A stretch of 32,000 nucleotides of DNA from Bacillus subtilis subsp. subtilis str. 168 (GTDB taxonomy: Bacteria; Bacillota; Bacilli; Bacillales; Bacillaceae). The stretch is taken from the NCBI RefSeq assembly GCF_000009045.1, contig NC_000964.3:330001-362000 (forward strand). Direction: 5' to 3'. Within the stretch, counting starts at the first letter, position 1; each line of letters starts with the position of its first letter. Both the position numbers and the translations under genes were made by a program. Shown in pieces: positions 25,764 through 32,000 of the stretch. The notes under the pieces were generated by a model. That model had not been told where the DNA came from and did no database searches. It saw nothing but the letters and a program-made list of their open reading frames with translations.

Positions 25764-28181
25764 TTATGATGTGGTCACGACATTTTCAAATAATTCTTTA
25801 GAGGTTTGTTTATCCTCTAAAAAGTCTTTCCACGGATCCTTGTGGACAGAGAGTGTTTCATTCATTCGGCCGTTCAGCTCCTGCCGCTTTTCCGGATCGT
25901 TTAACACGGATTGGACATGGGATAAACCGACGCGCTCAAGCCATGCGGACGTACGCTCCAGATAGTTTGCGGTTTCCCTGTAATATTGCAGGTAAGCGCC
26001 CGCGTATTCTAAGACTTCTTCATTTGTTTTCACCTTCATCAGCAAATCGCCGGCACGCAAATGGGTTCCGCCGTTTCCGCCGACATAAAGCTCCCAGCCT
26101 CCGTCGATGCCGACAACGCCAAGGTCCTTAATGCCGGATTCCGCACAGTTTCGCGGGCAGGCAGACACGGCCATTTTGACTTTGTGAGGCGTGTTCAGCC
26201 CTTCGAATTTTTTCTCAAGCGCAATGCCCAGTGCCATGGAGTCTTGTGTGCCGAAGCGGCAGAATTGCTCGCCTACACATGTTTTCACTGTGCGGAGCGT
26301 TTTTCCGTACGCGTAGCCCGATGGCATATCAAGATCTTCCCATACCTTCGGAAGGTCTTCTTTTTTCACGCCGATAAGATCAATTCGCTGGCCGCCTGTC
26401 ATTTTCACGAGCGGGATCTCATATTTGTCAACGACATCGGCGATCTTGCGCAAATCTGTGGAGTTGGTCACGCCGCCGTACATCCGAGGAACGACTGAGT
26501 ATGTTCCGTCTTTTTGAATATTGGCGTGCATTCGTTCATTAACAAAGCGGGATGTCCGGTCATCCTCGTATTTGGTTGGATTGATCATGCCTAAGTAGTA
26601 GTTCAGAGCGGGTCGGCATTTAGAACAGCCTTCTGGCGTTTTCCAGCCGAGCACATTCATGACTTCTCTTGTATGTGACAGCCCTTTGGCTTTGATTTCT
26701 TCTACGACTTCATCTCTCGACAATGTGGTGCAGCCGCAAATGGCTTCTTTTTGCGCTGACGCATCAAAGTCTGATCCGAGCGTATGCTGGAGGATTTCTT
26801 CTACGAGCGGCTTACAGCCTCCGCATGAGCGGGATGCGCCGGTGCATGCTTTGATTTCGTCCGTTGACGAGCAGCCCTTTTCCTGTATGGCTTGAATAAT
26901 CGCACCTTTTGACACGCCGTTACAGCCGCAGATGATTTCATCGTCGCTCATCGCTGCGGTTATGCTTGTGCCTGCTTCCTGGCTGAGGGGCTGTAAGATT
27001 GATATTTTAGAGGTTTCAGAGATATCGGCTTCTTTTTGAATCATAGAAAACAGGCGATTGCCTTCGCTGCTGTCGCCGAATAAAACAGCACCGACAATTT
27101 GATTGCCTCTCAGGACAATTTTTTTATAGATGCCGTCCTGCTCATCGAAGACTTTAATCGCTTTTTTCTCCTCTGATTCGTTAAAGTCACCGGCAGAGAA
27201 GACCTCGACGCCTGATACCTTTAACTGTGTGGAGAGAACGGAGCCCTCATACGGTTTTGTTTCGATGCCGCACATATGCTTTGCCAGCACTTTTGCCTGT
27301 TCATACAGCGGCGCCACAAGCCCGTAGGCGATTCCTCGGTGCTCGGCACATTCGCCGACCGCGTAAATGTGCGGGATTTCAGTCTGCATATAATCGTTGA
27401 CGATGATGCCGCGGTTAACCGGAATGCCGCTCTCGGCCCCGAGCGTTGTATTTGGGCGGATGCCGACAGCCATGACGACTAAATCAGCTTCAATGCTTGT
27501 GCCATCCTTGAATCGGAGGCCTTCGACACGGTCGTCACCGACAATTTCTTCTGTTTGCTTTTCAAGTAAAAAGGTCATACCTTGTTTTTCTAACTCGTTT
27601 TGCAGCAGGCGTCCTGCCGTTGCATCAAGCTGGCGCTCCATCAGGAATGGGGCAAGGTGGATGACGGACACGTCCATGCCGAGATTCAGCAGTCCGCGAG
27701 CTGCTTCCAAACCAAGTAGTCCTCCGCCGATGACGGCAGCTTTTTTATATTGTTTTGACGCGGCGAGCATTGTGTCTGTATCTTTTATGTCCCGGAAAGC
27801 TGTGACGCCTTTTTTGTCTGCGCCCGGAATCGGAAGGATAAAAGGGACCGATCCTGTCGCCAGGATCAATTCATCGTAAGGCTGGATTCTGTCTGCATCT
27901 GTGATGACTGTTTTGTTTTCCGTGTCCACTTTGATGACTGTTTCATTTGTATACAATTGAATGTTGTTTTCTTCGTACCAGTCCCAATCGTTTAACGTAA
28001 TATCTTTAATATCTGTATCGCCTTGAAGCACTTTTGACAAAAGGATTCGGTTGTAATTGGGATGCGGTTCGGCACCGAAAATTGTGATCTGAAACTCGTC
28101 TTTAGCAACACTCAGTATCTCTTCAATGGCCCTTACCCCGGCCATTCCATTACCAACAAGAACTAGCTGTTTTTTTCCCAT
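25764..28181 (-). CDS. nasD: Assimilatory NAD(P)H nitrite reductase large subunit (NirB-type)
   Basis: 805 aa. FAD motif GNGMAGV, BFD-like 2Fe-2S cysteines (CGCNGVSKG...CGGCKP), and sirohaem/4Fe-4S ligands CVGEQFC...CPRNC. Confidence 0.95.
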   Translation of the reverse strand: MGKKQLVLVGNGMAGVRAIEEILSVAKDEFQITIFGAEPHPNYNRILLSKVLQGDTDIKDITLNDWDWYEENNIQLYTNETVIKVDTENKTVITDADRIQPYDELILATGSVPFILPIPGADKKGVTAFRDIKDTDTMLAASKQYKKAAVIGGGLLGLEAARGLLNLGMDVSVIHLAPFLMERQLDATAGRLLQNELEKQGMTFLLEKQTEEIVGDDRVEGLRFKDGTSIEADLVVMAVGIRPNTTLGAESGIPVNRGIIVNDYMQTEIPHIYAVGECAEHRGIAYGLVAPLYEQAKVLAKHMCGIETKPYEGSVLSTQLKVSGVEVFSAGDFNESEEKKAIKVFDEQDGIYKKIVLRGNQIVGAVLFGDSSEGNRLFSMIQKEADISETSKISILQPLSQEAGTSITAAMSDDEIICGCNGVSKGAIIQAIQEKGCSSTDEIKACTGASRSCGGCKPLVEEILQHTLGSDFDASAQKEAICGCTTLSRDEVVEEIKAKGLSHTREVMNVLGWKTPEGCSKCRPALNYYLGMINPTKYEDDRTSRFVNERMHANIQKDGTYSVVPRMYGGVTNSTDLRKIADVVDKYEIPLVKMTGGQRIDLIGVKKEDLPKVWEDLDMPSGYAYGKTLRTVKTCVGEQFCRFGTQDSMALGIALEKKFEGLNTPHKVKMAVSACPRNCAESGIKDLGVVGIDGGWELYVGGNGGTHLRAGDLLMKVKTNEEVLEYAGAYLQYYRETANYLERTSAWLERVGLSHVQSVLNDPEKRQELNGRMNETLSVHKDPWKDFLEDKQTSKELFENVVTTS

Positions 28182-28245
28182 CAGATGATCCGCTCCTTAT
28201 CAAATGTTTTTTCCAGCGTAGCACAGCAAAAAGGAATATTTAAGA

Positions 28246-28263
28246 TACATGTTATAAAATGTA
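28246..28263. promoter_or_regulatory. 18-bp near-perfect dyad TACATGTTATAAAATGTA overlapping the TnrA box; candidate NsrR site
   Basis: The reverse complement differs at only one symmetric pair. NsrR repression and ResDE activation of nasD are established, but assigning this dyad to NsrR is inference. Confidence 0.3.
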
Positions 28264-28266
28264 ACA
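28250..28266. promoter_or_regulatory. TnrA/GlnR box TGTTATAAAATGTAACA in the nasC-nasD intergenic region (internal nasDEF promoter)
   Basis: Exact match to TGTNA-N7-TNACA, centred 77 nt upstream of the nasD ATG. TnrA-dependent regulation of an internal nasDEF promoter is established knowledge. Confidence 0.6.
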
Positions 28267-28302
28267 AAATATACGAAAAGTTCTAAAAATTTTATGAAAA
28301 AT

Positions 28303-30435
28303 TTAAATAGGTATGATTCGGACGGCGCATACCTTAAAACCGGGCATTTTACAGGCTGGATCTAAGGCTTCCCCGATTAAATCATTCACATTTTGAGCGT
28401 CTGCCCAATGGATGGGAACAAAAACGGTATCTTTTCTGATTTGTTCTGATAATTTGCTGCGGACGGTGATGCTTCCCCGCGGCGATTCTATTTTTACCAG
28501 TACACGGTCCTCGATATTGTAGGTCGCTGCTGTTTGCGGATGGATCTCCATAAACGATTCAAAATGTCTCGCGGCAAGGGCGGCGCTTTTTCTTGTTTGG
28601 ACGCCTGTTAAGTAGTGAGACATGACTCTGCCTGTCGTTAAATAAAGCGGATAATCGGCTGTCGGCTTCTCTTTTGGAACAGGTGGTTCGTTTGGAATCA
28701 CACTTAATGCCGCTTTTTGATCCGGATGAGCAAATGATTCTGTAAACAAGCGCCCAGTTCCGGGATGATCAGATTCCGGACACGGCCAATGAATGCCGCC
28801 TTCACGTCTGAGCCTGCCGTATGAGATGCCTGAATAATCGGCAATCCCGCCTCGGCTCGCTTCTCTCAATTCATTGAAAATATCCTCCGCTGACGTATAA
28901 GAAAAGTAGCGGCCCTTGCCGAGAGCGGATGCGAGATCACAAATGATCTGCCAATCATGCTTTGCTTCGCCGGGGCATGGCCGGCTTGCTTCTCTTAATG
29001 TCACGCGTCCTTCTACATTTGTCATGGTGCCTTCATCTTCTAAGTAAGAGGAGGCAGGTAAAATCACATCTGCGTATTTCGCAGTCTCAGAAATAAACAA
29101 ATCGATTGCGACAAAGAATGTCAGTCTTCTTAAAGCCTTTTTCACGAGATTTGCATTTGGACTGGAAACAGCAGGGTTGGAGCACATGAGGAACAGTCCT
29201 TTGATGTCGCCGTCATTGATTTTTTCCATCATTTCATAGGCTGAGACACCTTTTCGCGGGAGTTCATCCTGATGGATTCCCCACACTTTCGCAATATGCG
29301 CCCGGTGTTCTTCGTTTTCGATAGAACGGTAGCCTGGAAGCTGATCGGCTTTTTGGCCATGCTCTCTGGCGCCTTGCCCGTTGCCTTGTCCGGTGATCGC
29401 CCCGTAGCCCGAGTAAGGTTTGCCGATTTTTCCTGTGATCAGCACCATGTTTAAGAAGCCTTTCACAGCCGCTGTTCCATCGGTTTGCTGTTCAATCCCG
29501 CGGGCTGTAAACAGCATGCCGGACGTTTCCTTGGCAAACTTCACAGCAGCTTTTCTTATATCCACCAGCGAGACACTCGTCTGTTCGGCGATGTCATTCA
29601 GGTCCAACGAGTCAGTATGCTGCTTCAGCTCTTCGAATCCATTTGTTCGTGATTGAATGAAATCCTCGTTTATAAGCTGTTCGTCAATGATGATTTTGAC
29701 GAGACCGTTGGCAAGGGCGGCGTCTGTGCCGGGTTTGATTTTCAGATGAAGATCGGCGATTTTCGTTGTCGCTGTTTCACGAGGATCAATGGCAATGAAG
29801 TAAGCTCCGTTTTCTTTCGCTTTTTCAAAATACGGCATAATCGTAGGCTGGCATTCCGCAATATTGGTGCCGGCCAGAATGATCACACGGGTGTGGGGGA
29901 TGTCTGATAAAGGATTCGTTAAGCCTCTGTCCGCGCCGAATGTTTGGTTGGCTGCGGTGGCTGCTGCGGACATACAAAGTCTCCCGTTGTAGTCGATGTA
30001 TTTTGTCTGTAAGCCTACTCGTGCGAACTTCCCTAACAAATACGCCTCTTCATTTGTAATCGAGGCGCTTCCGTATACCGCCATGGCGTCATGTCCGTGT
30101 TCAGTTTGGATCATTGTCACTTGGTCTTTGATATGATTCAGTGCTTCTTCCCAGGAAACAGGCATAAACTCGCCGTTTTTCTTCAGCAGCGGCCGGGTGA
30201 TGCGGGAGGAGTTCAAGGCATGCTGGTGAGCATTCATGCCCTTGATGCATAGCCGACCCTGTGTCGTAGGATTATCAATCCCGATCGCAGTGTACTTTTT
30301 GCGCGTGACGATGGTTTGTTCCACGAGCTGCATTTTGCACTGCATGCTGCAAAACGGGCATTGAGTGTCATATGTTTTTTCTGATTGGACGTCTTGCTGT
30401 TTATCACGGAAATATCTAAGCAGTCGTTCAGTCAA
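28303..30435 (-). CDS. nasC: Assimilatory nitrate reductase catalytic subunit (molybdopterin oxidoreductase)
   Basis: 710 aa. N-terminal 4Fe-4S motif CPFCSMQCKM...C and bis-MGD enzyme architecture. TTG start at 30435 lies 6 nt after the nasB stop, preceded by GGATGAGG. Confidence 0.93.
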   Translation of the reverse strand: MTERLLRYFRDKQQDVQSEKTYDTQCPFCSMQCKMQLVEQTIVTRKKYTAIGIDNPTTQGRLCIKGMNAHQHALNSSRITRPLLKKNGEFMPVSWEEALNHIKDQVTMIQTEHGHDAMAVYGSASITNEEAYLLGKFARVGLQTKYIDYNGRLCMSAAATAANQTFGADRGLTNPLSDIPHTRVIILAGTNIAECQPTIMPYFEKAKENGAYFIAIDPRETATTKIADLHLKIKPGTDAALANGLVKIIIDEQLINEDFIQSRTNGFEELKQHTDSLDLNDIAEQTSVSLVDIRKAAVKFAKETSGMLFTARGIEQQTDGTAAVKGFLNMVLITGKIGKPYSGYGAITGQGNGQGAREHGQKADQLPGYRSIENEEHRAHIAKVWGIHQDELPRKGVSAYEMMEKINDGDIKGLFLMCSNPAVSSPNANLVKKALRRLTFFVAIDLFISETAKYADVILPASSYLEDEGTMTNVEGRVTLREASRPCPGEAKHDWQIICDLASALGKGRYFSYTSAEDIFNELREASRGGIADYSGISYGRLRREGGIHWPCPESDHPGTGRLFTESFAHPDQKAALSVIPNEPPVPKEKPTADYPLYLTTGRVMSHYLTGVQTRKSAALAARHFESFMEIHPQTAATYNIEDRVLVKIESPRGSITVRSKLSEQIRKDTVFVPIHWADAQNVNDLIGEALDPACKMPGFKVCAVRIIPI

Positions 30436-30441
30436 AATGCC

Positions 30442-32000
30442 TCATCCTTTCTTATATGCGCCCGTCTCTACAGTCGGGTTTTGAATCAGTGACAGATCTG
30501 TTTGGAGGCTTTCCAGCAGCTGTGCCCTTAGGTCTTCTTCGAATAGCACTTCTCTGATATGAACGATCCCGAGACGGTCTATCCACTGATGAACACCTTC
30601 TAAGTAATGAGCCGTTTCCCGATAATACTGGATCAGTCCTTTGATCATGCCGGCAGTGCTGTCTTCGTTCTCAGTCACGCAAAACAAAGCTCCTGAACGG
30701 GCATGAGTTCCCCGGACGCCGCCGATGTGAATGTCCCAGCCAGCTTGTGTCCGAATTGCGCCGACATCTTGCAGGGCGGCCTCGGTGCAGTCTGTTTCAC
30801 ATGATAAGCTGATAGAAATGGGAGCGGGTAAGGGAAGCATCTCAAGTTGTCTTTCGATTTGGGCTGCCAGCTGCTGAATCGATCGATTTTGCCCGCATGT
30901 ACATGCTTTGATGCTTTGCAGCGCGTGTCGGTGTTCATTAGTGTAAACGGGCATTTTCAGGTCTTTTTTCATGTTCGGGAGATCCGCAGGCTTGATCCCG
31001 GAAAGCTTCAGCCTTTGGCCGTGAGTGATGGATACGTCGGGAATGCTGTATGCCTCAATGATGTTGGCGATGGTTCTTAGCTGCTCCGCGTTTGTCCGCC
31101 CGCCGTACATTTGCGGAATCAGGATGCATGTCTCTTCAGTGGCTGGCTCAGGCTGGACAAACCCAGGGTACAGCATTTCCAGATAGTATTGAATCGCAGG
31201 AACACAAGTACTGCATCCGTTTTTTGTTTTCCAGTCAAGCTGGTTCATCACTTCTGCCGGATTAGTGAATGGCCTGCGCTGAAGCTCAGCGATGATGTCG
31301 TCTTCTGTAAAATCAGTACAGCTGCAAAACGAAGGTGTGCTGGCGGGCTTCGTATATTCGCTGTTGGTCATGTATCTCAAAAGGTCTTCAACGAGCGGTT
31401 TGCATCCTCCGCAGGACCCAGTGGCTTTGGTGCAGTGCTTGACTTCCTCAACAGTTGTTAAGCTATTCGTGTGCACCGCGTCTTCAATCGCGCCTTTCGT
31501 CACTGTGTTGCATTGGCAAATCGTTTCACTGGAAGGCATGGATTCAAATAAAGGGCCGCTTGTCTCCGGTTCGATGATCTGTTTTTTGGCAATGGAGATG
31601 TCTCGTTGTTTAAGCAGGCTGTCGAGAAGCCGCTGCTTGTCACGGGTGTCTCCGAATAAAATAACGCCGGCCAGTTTGTCATCTACAAAAAGCGCTTTTT
31701 TATAAACGCCTGCTTGTTCGTCGTAGATTTTGATGCTCGTCGTGCGTTCATCCTCTTGGATCTTTCCTGCTGACCACACATCGATTCCAGCTATTTTTAA
31801 CGCCGCAGATGGTGCTGAGCCTTGATATTCCTCACATGGAACGCCGCAAATATGACTGGCGAGCGCTTTTCCCTGCTCATAAAGCGGAGCCACCAATCCG
31901 TACACCGTTCCGTTATGCTCAGCGCATTCACCAACGGCGTAGATATTCGGTTCGCTTGTCTGCATGAAGTCATTCACGATGATCCCGCGGTTCACTTTGA
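30442..32000 (-). CDS. nasB: Assimilatory nitrate reductase electron-transfer subunit (NirB-like paralog), C-terminal about 519 codons; 5' end outside the window
   Basis: The frame stays open to the window edge (codon 31996-31998 AAA precedes the ORF-track start), so the start at 31995 is an artefact. VNRGIIVNDFMQTSEPNIYAVGECAEH aligns with NasD VNRGIIVNDYMQTEIPHIYAVGECAEH. BFD-like CQCNTVTKG...CGGCKP is present. Confidence 0.92.
   Translation of the reverse strand, partial: KVNRGIIVNDFMQTSEPNIYAVGECAEHNGTVYGLVAPLYEQGKALASHICGVPCEEYQGSAPSAALKIAGIDVWSAGKIQEDERTTSIKIYDEQAGVYKKALFVDDKLAGVILFGDTRDKQRLLDSLLKQRDISIAKKQIIEPETSGPLFESMPSSETICQCNTVTKGAIEDAVHTNSLTTVEEVKHCTKATGSCGGCKPLVEDLLRYMTNSEYTKPASTPSFCSCTDFTEDDIIAELQRRPFTNPAEVMNQLDWKTKNGCSTCVPAIQYYLEMLYPGFVQPEPATEETCILIPQMYGGRTNAEQLRTIANIIEAYSIPDVSITHGQRLKLSGIKPADLPNMKKDLKMPVYTNEHRHALQSIKACTCGQNRSIQQLAAQIERQLEMLPLPAPISISLSCETDCTEAALQDVGAIRTQAGWDIHIGGVRGTHARSGALFCVTENEDSTAGMIKGLIQYYRETAHYLEGVHQWIDRLGIVHIREVLFEEDLRAQLLESLQTDLSLIQNPTVETGAYKKG

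Noticed and set aside
31993-32000. Apparent nasB start (GTG shown as M at 31995).
   Set aside because: This is a window-edge artefact. The frame stays open to base 32000, and the NasD alignment shows that several hundred N-terminal residues are missing.
25764-32000. nasD/nasB similarity as a recent duplication or repeat element.
   Set aside because: The similarity is mostly at protein level, with only short patches of nucleotide identity. The genes are separated by nasC and have diverged in functional motifs, so this is ancient paralogy and not a repeat or mobile element.

Overview
This window is chromosomal Bacillus subtilis (168-type) DNA. From memory of the proteins and their order, it is collinear with the ldh-to-nasB region. 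I support 28 protein-coding genes, in this order: ldh (5' end outside the window), lctP, mdr, ycgE, ycgF, ycgG, ycgH, ycgI, nadE, tmrB, aroK, ycgJ, ycgK, cah, ycgL, putB, putC, putP, putR, ycgQ, ycgR, ycgS, ycgT, nasF, nasE, nasD, nasC and nasB (5' end outside the window). Several six-frame ORFs over-extend at the N-terminus, so I re-called those starts from Shine-Dalgarno (SD) spacing. I also list rho-independent terminators, several of them bidirectional between convergent genes, and candidate operator or promoter elements: a Fur box at ycgT, a TnrA box nested in a dyad at nasD, a CodY-like box and an inverted repeat at putB, and a MarR-type palindrome at mdr/ycgE. I see no rRNA or tRNA genes, CRISPR arrays, transposases, integrases, phage genes or long nucleotide repeats. 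The window looks like ordinary core genome, not an accessory or defence island, and I found no convincing evidence of a wholly new multi-gene system. Four things seem most worth a second look. (1) putP has 13 conserved-looking TM1 codons and its only strong SD upstream of the first ATG, which implies a non-canonical (ATA) start or a truncated annotation. (2) The uncharacterised ycgR-ycgQ membrane pair has internal His6 and HHHDHDCGCGHDHEHDHE loops and is a candidate metal transporter. (3) ycgG, ycgI and ycgL are orphan genes of unknown function. (4) The NasB sirohaem-domain cysteine motif is degenerate compared with its paralog NasD. All family assignments come from reading motifs and from memory. 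No searches were run.
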